A DNA stretch of 64,000 nucleotides from a virus (lineage: Duplodnaviria; Caudoviricetes). The notes below the pieces were generated by a model. The model saw only the letters and a list, made by a program, of their open reading frames with translations. It was not told where the DNA came from and made no database searches. Shown here piece by piece: positions 55,774 to 64,000 of this stretch (position 1 is its first letter; each line of letters begins with the position of its first letter). The stretch covers positions 1 to 64,000 of the IMG/VR virus record IMGVR_UViG_3300027672_000010, one strand, 5' to 3'. A program made the position numbers and the translations under genes.

Positions 55774-58700
55774 ATGTCGAATAATAAGACATTACCGTTA
55801 AAGTTAAAAGACAGTGATGGTAATCTCCAACAGATCAGTGCAACGGAGAAGAACTATGTTGCCTACCTTGCAGGACTACAGAACGCGCAAGCGGATAGTA
55901 GTGATGTAGGTCTTCTCACGCTTGCCTCTAGTGGAAACCGAGGAATCGGTTCCACCCTAGACACCTACTACCCAGAACCAGTAGGTACGCATCCTTACGA
56001 CCAAGTTTCGGTAATCAGTAGCACAAAGAACCTGTTCCAGATTAATGGTACGGCAAGCGAAGCAGATAGTGACTTCCGTCTACCCATTGCTCATTTCGGG
56101 GCGCACGTTTACGAACAACCTGCTTCGAACTTCAATGCCTTTAGTGATGAGATCAATGCTCGTATTGTTCTATCGGACTATCCGGGATCTTTAAAGTTAT
56201 CTCCAACTGCTCCTAGTTCTGACTATAGCATACTAGTACCTTCTGTTCTGTTAGACAAACGTGCTGATTCCGCAGGTAATGCGATTGTCATTAACGATTA
56301 CTCTATCTGGCGTAGAGATACAATGACTGCTCCTAGTGCTATCCTTGATAGTAAAGGCGGCATATCAAGTCTTGCAGGTATTAAGAGATCCAATGGAGAC
56401 TCTGGTACATTCCAAGGTATACAGAAATTAACTGACAGGCAGATCCAAGTATCTGTTGGTCAACGCGCAAAGACTAGACGTGCTATCAGTGGCAACGTTG
56501 GTTCATACGAACTTCGTACTGCTTCGCAAGGTGCCCCTGCCTCTGGAACTTGGGCATCTAAGGGTACCGCTACAAACACTATTCGACTGGTCAATGAAAT
56601 TGCGTACACAAGAACCAGTACTCGATCACGAGGTTCAGCATATGCAAGAACTCGTGTAGGTAACTATACAAGAAATTCTACTCGTAATGACCCACAGAAC
56701 TTTGCAGGTAATTATGGAACTACCTATGTAGGTAACTATACAAGAACATTTGCAGGTAATTATGCAGGTGACTTCACTGGTAATTATGCTCGTGACTTCG
56801 TTGGTAACTATCAGCGTGGATTTACTGGTGACTATACTGGTAATTACACTGGTGACTATACTCGTAACTTTACACGAAACCGCGCATCTACATTTAACCG
56901 CACTAGGGCGAGTAATTACGCAGGTAATTATACAGGCAACTATGCCAGAAACTTTGAACGTACTCGCAACTCAAACTATATTCTTAGTCGTGTGTCAACC
57001 TATCAACGTGGGTTCGCAGGTAACTATACTCGTATAATAGCAGACCAATACGCAGGTAACTTCGTAGGTAACTATGCTCGTACTGGTATTGTTTCTAGAA
57101 CAAGTGCTTACTCACGAACAAGAATTCAGAATAGAGTATCAAACTACTCTCGTGCTTTCTTAGGTAACTACTCAAGAGAATATCTGCGCACATCAACAGC
57201 AACAAGTACTACTGACTTTACTGGTGAATATTCTAGACAGTACCTCCGAACTCGTGTGTCTAACTATTCTCGTAACTTTGGTGGTAACTATTCAAGAGCA
57301 TATACTCGCGCATTCATTGGTAACTATGCCAGAACATTTGCAGGTAACTTTGTTGGTAACTATGTGGGAGGTGCCACTACTTATGGTACTCAAACTGCCT
57401 ATGGGAAAACTCGTATACAGAACAGGATAGTAACTTACATAGGTAACTATACACAGATTCGTACATCTCTCTATACAGGTAACTTTACGAGAGGCACTTA
57501 TTTTACAGGAAACTATATTGGAACTAATTGGCCAACAAGTGAAGTAAATCGATATGTCGGTAACTACACTCAGGGATTTACTCGCATATATGTTGCGAAT
57601 GCACAAAACTTCCAAGGTAACTACACAGGTGCGCAAATCTTTTATGGTGGGTTCTCAGGTGACTTTACTGATTATAGGTATGGTGGTTTCTACACTGGTG
57701 TAGAAAGTACCGTAACATTCACCGGTGACTTTACGAGAACTAGGGTAGCACTAGGAGCGTTTACTAGAGTATCTAATGTCGGTGATGGAAATTATCTTAG
57801 AAATAGTGGCGTTGGATACACTAGAACCAGAACATCTACTATAATCTCAGTAAGGGAAAGAGCAAGTACGAATATTGGTTATGCCAGACTTGGCCCCGCG
57901 AAAGGCGGCAGTCCGCTATACTATATTGGTGCAGGTTTCTATACAGGTAACTACACAGGCCTCCAAAACTTTACTGGCAACTTCCTTAGATTGTTTGTGG
58001 GCAACTACGTCCGTACCTTCAATAGATCTTCTAGTCGTCAGTTCAGTCGTCTAATATTGGGGTCAAGGTACTCAACCTTTACTGGCAACTATGTTGGTAA
58101 CTATGCTCGTGCCTTTACTAGAACTTCTACACGAAATAGAGACAGCACTTACATTAGAACTCGAACCTCAAGTTACACAAGAAACTTTGAACGTACTCGT
58201 GTATCAAACTATACTCGCGACTTCGCAGGTAACTTCTCAAGAAACTTCAGTAGAATACGCGTTAGTTCTTACATAGGTAATTTCATTGGTAACTATTCTA
58301 GAATCTTTGTGGGTGACTATAGTAGAAACTATGCGAGAACATTCGTAGGAAATTACACTGGTAACTATCAGAGAACGTTTATTGGTAACTACACAAGAGA
58401 TTATAACAGAACTTCTACGCGAACAAGTATCGTTAACAGAACCTCTGCATATAATAGAACTCGTGTATCAAACTATGCTCGTACCTTTGTAGGAGACTAC
58501 ACAAGAAACTTCGGTGGTAACTACGCAAGAAACTTTACTGCTGATTATACTAGAATAAGAGCATCATCTTTTGCTAGGACTAGAACTTCTAACTTTACTA
58601 GAAATCGTGGTTCAACATATACAGGTGTATACTCTGCTGTTTATGTAGGCATATATAGTAGAGCATATAGTCGTACCCGAACAAGTAACTACACTAGAAA

Positions 58701-58941
58701 CTCTACTAGAGATTCGACCAGAAACCGTGATTCGGCATATGCAAGAACTCGTGGTTCTACTTTTACTAGGTCAAGAACAAGTGCGTATACTGGTGACTTC
58801 ACTGGAGATTACACAAGAAACTTCGAGGGTAACTACTCACGGAACTTTGCAGGTAATTATGTTGGTAACTATGTTGGGCAGACTATCGGTAATAGTATAT
58901 TCAACGTGGAGACTTATACTTTATATGTAAGAACTGCATAG
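55774..58941 (+). CDS. Self-complementary repeat filament protein A (1055 aa)
   Basis: About 275-aa N-domain, then tetrapeptide repeats whose N- and C-arms (56608-57363, 58117-58872) mirror each other. Confidence 0.9.
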   Translation: MSNNKTLPLKLKDSDGNLQQISATEKNYVAYLAGLQNAQADSSDVGLLTLASSGNRGIGSTLDTYYPEPVGTHPYDQVSVISSTKNLFQINGTASEADSDFRLPIAHFGAHVYEQPASNFNAFSDEINARIVLSDYPGSLKLSPTAPSSDYSILVPSVLLDKRADSAGNAIVINDYSIWRRDTMTAPSAILDSKGGISSLAGIKRSNGDSGTFQGIQKLTDRQIQVSVGQRAKTRRAISGNVGSYELRTASQGAPASGTWASKGTATNTIRLVNEIAYTRTSTRSRGSAYARTRVGNYTRNSTRNDPQNFAGNYGTTYVGNYTRTFAGNYAGDFTGNYARDFVGNYQRGFTGDYTGNYTGDYTRNFTRNRASTFNRTRASNYAGNYTGNYARNFERTRNSNYILSRVSTYQRGFAGNYTRIIADQYAGNFVGNYARTGIVSRTSAYSRTRIQNRVSNYSRAFLGNYSREYLRTSTATSTTDFTGEYSRQYLRTRVSNYSRNFGGNYSRAYTRAFIGNYARTFAGNFVGNYVGGATTYGTQTAYGKTRIQNRIVTYIGNYTQIRTSLYTGNFTRGTYFTGNYIGTNWPTSEVNRYVGNYTQGFTRIYVANAQNFQGNYTGAQIFYGGFSGDFTDYRYGGFYTGVESTVTFTGDFTRTRVALGAFTRVSNVGDGNYLRNSGVGYTRTRTSTIISVRERASTNIGYARLGPAKGGSPLYYIGAGFYTGNYTGLQNFTGNFLRLFVGNYVRTFNRSSSRQFSRLILGSRYSTFTGNYVGNYARAFTRTSTRNRDSTYIRTRTSSYTRNFERTRVSNYTRDFAGNFSRNFSRIRVSSYIGNFIGNYSRIFVGDYSRNYARTFVGNYTGNYQRTFIGNYTRDYNRTSTRTSIVNRTSAYNRTRVSNYARTFVGDYTRNFGGNYARNFTADYTRIRASSFARTRTSNFTRNRGSTYTGVYSAVYVGIYSRAYSRTRTSNYTRNSTRDSTRNRDSAYARTRGSTFTRSRTSAYTGDFTGDYTRNFEGNYSRNFAGNYVGNYVGQTIGNSIFNVETYTLYVRTA

Positions 58942-58950
58942 TATAATTCT

Positions 58951-58958
58951 TATAAATA
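58951..58958 (+). promoter_or_regulatory. Late promoter
   Basis: TATAAATA about 30 nt upstream of GTG 58990. Confidence 0.85.
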
Positions 58959-58989
58959 GAGATAAGTTAAATTGATAGAGAATTAATCT

Positions 58990-61900
58990 GTGGCAAAGTC
59001 GAACATACCGCTAAAGGCAGAAGGAACAAACGCTGATCTGAAGGAGTTAACTCCTACGGAAGAGCATTACCTCGCCTATCAAGCAGGACTACAATTAGCG
59101 GCAGGTACCACAAGCGCAGGTACTCTACATAAGACTTCGGGTACCACTATCGGTACGTTCGTTGATACTTACTTCAATGAGGCAGACGGCACACACCCTG
59201 CCTCTGCCATAACTTCTGGTAGTACATCTACTCCCCTAAAGCAAATACAAGGTACTGCTAACTACACTGGTGCGAACTATCGCAGACCAGTAGGGTATCT
59301 GAACAGTGGTGCCGAAGGTCTATATGAATTTCCTGACTCTGATATGTCTACTCTTACGACTAGACTTAATGCTCGTATTGCTCTATCAGATTATCCCGGA
59401 ACATATAAACTAGGAACCTCTGCTCCGTCAAGTGACTATAGTGCCTTACTGTCAAACGTATACACCGATACATTGGGTAACGGAACAAGCACAGTATACA
59501 ACATCTACAAACGAAATACAATGACTGCCCCCTCAACTATCAGACCTATGGGTTTGGTTGGTTCAGATTCGGCAGGGTCGTTTAGTGGTATTCGTGAACT
59601 GAATGATAACGAGATCAAGCATACGTTTGGTCAACACGCCAAGACAGAACGTGCAGTAGTAGGTAACATTGGTTCTTATCAGTTGAGATCTGCTACCCAA
59701 GGTGTTCCTTCTGCTTCTGGTACATGGGCGGCAAAGGGTACTGCTACTAATACAAAGAGAACAACTTCGGAAGTTGCGTACACAAGAACTCGCGCATCCG
59801 CATATACTCGTAGTCGTGGTTCTGTTTATGCAAGAACTCGTACTTCGGCATACACAAGAAATTCCCTTCAGACCTTTACTGGTACTTACGCAGGTAACTT
59901 TGTAGGTAACTACACTCGCGCCTTTGCCGGTAACTATTCAAGAGACTTTGCAGGAAACTACGTTGGAGACTTCATTGGTAACTATCAACGTACTCGTGTG
60001 TCGCAATACACAACTAATTTCACAGACGTATTTACTAGAAACTTTGTAGGCAACTATCAACGTATTCGAGTATCAAACTATACTCGTGACCGTATTACTG
60101 TATTTACTGGTAACTTCATAGGAAACTATGTTCGTACTCGTATCTCTGCCTATGCTAGAACAAGTACTCGAACTAGAAACAGCACCTACATTAGAACTCG
60201 AACCTCTGCATACACGACTGTCTTCGCAGGTAACTATATTGGAGACTTCGTAGGAAACTACTCACGAACTCGTGTGTCTGGTTACTCTGGTGCTTACACT
60301 AGAATAAGAAACTCTGCCTATAACAGAACTCGTACTTCAACATATACGCGTGACCGTGTTACTAACTTTACTGGTGATTTCACTGGTAACTATTCTCGTA
60401 ACCGTGTGTCGGCATATACTAGAATCTCAACACGAACTAGAGTATCCGCATATACTCGCTCTAGAATCTCAACATATACTCGTGATAGATTACAAACATT
60501 TACTGGGGATTTCGTAGGTAACTATGGACGTACTCGCACCTCTGCTTATATCAGAACTCGTGCATCTAACTATGCAGGAAACTATACTGGGAACTATACT
60601 CGTACTCGTATCTCTGCTTACACGCGTGACCGTGTTACTAACTTTACTGGTGATTTCATTGGTAATTACTCACGAACTCGTAGTTCAGCATATATCCGTG
60701 ATAGACTAGTAACCTTTACTGGTGACTATGTTGGTAACTATAGCAGAACATTTGTTGGTAACTATTCCAGAACATTTGTTGGTAACTATGCTAGGGCATT
60801 CGCAGGGAATTACGTTGGTAATTATGCGAGGATCTCAACAAGAACTCGTACATCTACTTACAATAGAACATCAACAAGAGATTCTTTAGTAACATATACT
60901 CGCGATAATGTTGTTGGTTATACAGGTAATTTCGGTGGTAACTATTCCAGAAACTTTATTGGTAACTATTCCAGAACATTCGCAGGTGAATATGTTGGTA
61001 ACTATGCTCGTGCGTTCGCAGGAGAGTACATAGGTAACTATTCACGAACTTTCGTAGGAGACTACATTGGTAACTTCATAGGAAACTATGCTCGTGGATT
61101 CGCAGGTGAATATGTTGGTAACTATGCTCGTGGATTCGTGGGCGAATATGCTCGTACCAGAAACTCTACATACAATCGAAATAGTACTAGAATCTCTACG
61201 CGTATTCTTAACTATACCAGACTTCGAATTGCTATCAGTACTCGCATCCTAGACTATCAGCGTACATCCACAAGAACTAGCACACCTACCGAAACGTACA
61301 CACGAATTGGTTTCTATGCAGGTAACTTTGTAGGTAACTATACGCGTATCAGTATAAACACTGGTACCTATATTCGTATCAGAACTGCGACAGGAACGTA
61401 CACAAGAAATAGAACTGCGATAGGAACATACACAAGACTTCGAATTGCCATTAGCACAAACACTGGAACGTACACACGAAACCGTATTGGATCGTTCCTT
61501 GGTAACTATACTAGACTTCGAATTGCCATCAGTACAAACACTGGTACTTACATCCGTATCCGTACTGCCGCGTATCTTGGTAACTATACTCGTATATTAT
61601 ACTACGCAGGTAACTTCGCAGGTAACTACACTCGTACTCTGTATTATACTGGTAACTATACTCGTAATCTTTCTTACATTGGTAACTATACTGGTAACTA
61701 CACGAGAAACTTAGCATACCTTGGTAACTATACTCGTAATCTTTCTTACATTGGTAACTATACTGGTAACTATACTCGTACTCTGTATTATACTGGTAAC
61801 TATACTCGTACTCTGTATTACGCAGGTAACTTTGTTGGTAACTTCTCAGGGCAGTATACTAGAACATCGACTCGTACTTCTACTCGCAATGTTGCCTATA

Positions 61901-64000
61901 CCCGACAGGGTGGAAAGGGCGGTAACGTGACTCTATATTACATTGGTAGTGGTTATTACGCAGGTAACTTCGCAGGTAACTACACTCGTACTAGTACGCG
62001 GACTAGTACGCGGGCCCGTGCCGCGACTGGTACTTACATTAGAATTCGTACTGCGACTGGCACATACATTCGTATACGACTAACCAACCGTATTGCTACT
62101 GGCACATACACACGAAACCGTATTGCTACTGGCACATACATTCGTATACGACTAACCAACCGTATTGCTACTGGTACTTACATTAGAATTCGTACTGCGA
62201 CTGGCACATACATTCGTACCTCTACAAGAACCAGTACTCCTATAGGAACTTATACTAGAAACCGTATTGGTTCGTACACAGGTAACTATCAACGTACTCT
62301 GTATTATACTGGTAACTATCTTGGTAACTATACGCGTACTAGTGCGCCCTCATACATTGGTAACTATCAACGTACTCTGTATTATACTGGTAACTATCTT
62401 GGTAACTACACGAGAATCTTAGCATACCTTGGTAACTATACGCGTACTCTATACTATACTGGTAACTATCAGCGTACCTTATATTATACTGGTGATTACA
62501 CTCGTACCTCTACTCGTACCTCTACTCGTATACTTGGGTACACTAGAATCGGTTCATACGCAGGAGACTTTGTAGGTAACTATACTCGTATTGGTTTCTA
62601 TACTGGTAACTATACTGGTGACTACACGAGAGTAGGATACTATACTGGTGACTTCACTGGCAACTATGCTCGTGCTTTTATTGGTAACTATTCACGAACT
62701 CGTATATCTACATATAATAGAACATCCACACGGAATCGTATCTCGACTTATATTAGAACTCGTGCTACTAACTTTACTCGTAACCGTATCTCCGCATATG
62801 CTAGAACTAGTACGCGTAGTCGTATCTCAGCATACGCTAGGACTAGTACTCGCGCACGAGCATCTACCTACACTAGAGGTAGAGTAAGTGCATACACAAG
62901 AACATCCACACGAGATAGTACTGTAGTTTCTACTTCGGGTGGGGGTGCAAGATACTCAGATCAATCTAACTTGTTGTGGCAAAACTTCCCTGAGTGGACA
63001 GTTGGTACTGGATCCGCAACTAACTACGGACAGAATGGTGACGGTAACTCTCGTCTTGTAGTATCAGATTCCCCAAAAGGAAGTGATATCGTTTGGCAGA
63101 CACTAAACAACGATACAGCATCTAACGCAGATGGTGGTTGGAATACGTCTTCATTTGCAGTTGACCATACTAAGAAATATCGCTTCTCCGTTTGGATGAG
63201 AAGACCAGTAATTGGTAATGGATATGGATACTTAGGTATTGGTGGAGCAGTTCTTAACAGAGACAATGGTGCCGCCAATAGTAACCATTACTTCTGGTAT
63301 TCAAACTCATTCTTTAATTCTCAAAATGCAAACGAATGGTTCTTGATTGTAGGTCACGTCTGGCCAACTGGTTCTGGTGCAGGTGCGATAGATTCTGCTT
63401 CTGGTATATATAACGTTGCAGGTGAGAAGGTCGCAAACATTATTCGTGATGCGATATGGAATAATAACACAACAACTTACCATCGTTCATACTTGTACTA
63501 TTCAACTGATACCGCCACAAACCAACAGTTCTGGGAACCTCGTGTAGATGATATGACTCATTCACTTGTTCCAACTGTTGCTAATATGATTGCACAGTCA
63601 GGTTCATACACGCGTACATTCGCAGGTAACTTTGTTGGTAACTACTCTCGTGGGTTTGCAGGTAACTATACTGGCGAATATTTAAGAACCTCGACTCGTA
63701 CTCGTAACAGTTCTTATATCCGTAACCGCGTATCAACCTACACTAGAAACCGTGTGTCTGCGTATGCTCGTACTCGTATCACAGATTATGTTGCGAACTA
63801 TATTGGTAATTATGCTCGTAACTTTGTGGGAGAGTATACGCGTAACAGTATACAGGTATTCGCAGGTAACTTTGTTGGTAACTACTCTCGCGCATTTGCA
63901 GGAGAATACACAAGGATCTCTACGCGAACTCGTGTAAGTAACTTCGTAGGTAACTATAGCAGAAACTTCGCAGGAGACTATTCTCGTACTCGTGTTACTG
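58990..64000 (+). CDS. Self-complementary repeat filament protein B, >1670 aa, 3' partial (absent from ORF track)
   Basis: Frame 1 open from GTG 58990 to window end in my translation; N-domain paralogous to protein A (PLK...YxAYxAGLQ, GTHP, NARIxLSDYPG, GSYxLR, GTWxxKGTATNT). Confidence 0.92.
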   Translation, partial: MAKSNIPLKAEGTNADLKELTPTEEHYLAYQAGLQLAAGTTSAGTLHKTSGTTIGTFVDTYFNEADGTHPASAITSGSTSTPLKQIQGTANYTGANYRRPVGYLNSGAEGLYEFPDSDMSTLTTRLNARIALSDYPGTYKLGTSAPSSDYSALLSNVYTDTLGNGTSTVYNIYKRNTMTAPSTIRPMGLVGSDSAGSFSGIRELNDNEIKHTFGQHAKTERAVVGNIGSYQLRSATQGVPSASGTWAAKGTATNTKRTTSEVAYTRTRASAYTRSRGSVYARTRTSAYTRNSLQTFTGTYAGNFVGNYTRAFAGNYSRDFAGNYVGDFIGNYQRTRVSQYTTNFTDVFTRNFVGNYQRIRVSNYTRDRITVFTGNFIGNYVRTRISAYARTSTRTRNSTYIRTRTSAYTTVFAGNYIGDFVGNYSRTRVSGYSGAYTRIRNSAYNRTRTSTYTRDRVTNFTGDFTGNYSRNRVSAYTRISTRTRVSAYTRSRISTYTRDRLQTFTGDFVGNYGRTRTSAYIRTRASNYAGNYTGNYTRTRISAYTRDRVTNFTGDFIGNYSRTRSSAYIRDRLVTFTGDYVGNYSRTFVGNYSRTFVGNYARAFAGNYVGNYARISTRTRTSTYNRTSTRDSLVTYTRDNVVGYTGNFGGNYSRNFIGNYSRTFAGEYVGNYARAFAGEYIGNYSRTFVGDYIGNFIGNYARGFAGEYVGNYARGFVGEYARTRNSTYNRNSTRISTRILNYTRLRIAISTRILDYQRTSTRTSTPTETYTRIGFYAGNFVGNYTRISINTGTYIRIRTATGTYTRNRTAIGTYTRLRIAISTNTGTYTRNRIGSFLGNYTRLRIAISTNTGTYIRIRTAAYLGNYTRILYYAGNFAGNYTRTLYYTGNYTRNLSYIGNYTGNYTRNLAYLGNYTRNLSYIGNYTGNYTRTLYYTGNYTRTLYYAGNFVGNFSGQYTRTSTRTSTRNVAYTRQGGKGGNVTLYYIGSGYYAGNFAGNYTRTSTRTSTRARAATGTYIRIRTATGTYIRIRLTNRIATGTYTRNRIATGTYIRIRLTNRIATGTYIRIRTATGTYIRTSTRTSTPIGTYTRNRIGSYTGNYQRTLYYTGNYLGNYTRTSAPSYIGNYQRTLYYTGNYLGNYTRILAYLGNYTRTLYYTGNYQRTLYYTGDYTRTSTRTSTRILGYTRIGSYAGDFVGNYTRIGFYTGNYTGDYTRVGYYTGDFTGNYARAFIGNYSRTRISTYNRTSTRNRISTYIRTRATNFTRNRISAYARTSTRSRISAYARTSTRARASTYTRGRVSAYTRTSTRDSTVVSTSGGGARYSDQSNLLWQNFPEWTVGTGSATNYGQNGDGNSRLVVSDSPKGSDIVWQTLNNDTASNADGGWNTSSFAVDHTKKYRFSVWMRRPVIGNGYGYLGIGGAVLNRDNGAANSNHYFWYSNSFFNSQNANEWFLIVGHVWPTGSGAGAIDSASGIYNVAGEKVANIIRDAIWNNNTTTYHRSYLYYSTDTATNQQFWEPRVDDMTHSLVPTVANMIAQSGSYTRTFAGNFVGNYSRGFAGNYTGEYLRTSTRTRNSSYIRNRVSTYTRNRVSAYARTRITDYVANYIGNYARNFVGEYTRNSIQVFAGNFVGNYSRAFAGEYTRISTRTRVSNFVGNYSRNFAGDYSRTRVT
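62935..63600 (+). other. Globular carbohydrate-binding-like domain inserted in protein B
   Basis: Non-repetitive, Trp-rich, about 220 aa: NLL...W, DGGWN, YRFSVW, WFLIVGH, HRSYLYY, FWEPRVD. Confidence 0.6.

Noticed and set aside
59702-63937. Short LVT-rich ORFs listed in the ORF track
   Set aside because: They are off-frame or antisense shadows of the long frame-1 gene starting at 58990.
60514-63993. DNA inverted repeat or RNA hairpin as the cause of the mirror symmetry
   Set aside because: The reverse complement of GGTAACTAT (ATAGTTACC) does not match partner codons such as ACTCGTACT; the complementarity exists only at the amino-acid level.
56600-64000. GGTAACTAT-type repeats as a CRISPR array
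   Set aside because: Repeats are short, in frame, vary at synonymous positions and lack unique spacers; no cas genes are present. They are coding repeats.
55774-64000. Diversity-generating retroelement (AAC-rich template repeat)
   Set aside because: No reverse transcriptase in the window, and I saw no repeat pair differing only at adenines.
1-64000. tRNA genes, introns, inteins or alternative genetic code
   Set aside because: No cloverleaf noticed by eye; core genes are intact at normal lengths with standard stops. Not verified with tRNAscan.

Overview
A 64-kb segment of a T4-like myophage genome, probably marine; an IscU resembling the gammaproteobacterial type hints at the host. 1-26.8 kb holds early/middle and accessory genes: repeated sigma70-type early promoters, denA, phoH, lysozyme, about seven glycosyltransferase-like genes with a carbamoyltransferase, methyltransferases, a radical SAM enzyme and 2OG-Fe(II) oxygenases, GroES, spanins, IscA, denV, gp33 and gp32. 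27-64 kb is the late tail/baseplate module under TATAAATA promoters: IscU, tape-measure-like, gp51/26/tube-like/2/4, gp48/53, split gp5, gp25/6/7/9/8, a 1990-aa virion protein and a fibre. The standout is a pair of paralogous fibre-like genes, 55774..58941 and 58990..>64000 (the second is missing from the ORF track). Their repeat regions are protein-level reverse complements. Read outward from a GGKGG turn, 4- and 6-residue units pair by a consistent code (xGxY/F with xRxR/S, xRxF with xSxY, 6-mers with 6-mers) over 107 units in the second gene. The first gene has 63 units per arm in the same register. The second gene also has a globular domain bulged out of one arm and matched duplications on both arms. 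This suggests giant beta-hairpin filaments built on base-pairing-like amino-acid complementarity. All family assignments come from motif and synteny recognition; no database searches were run.
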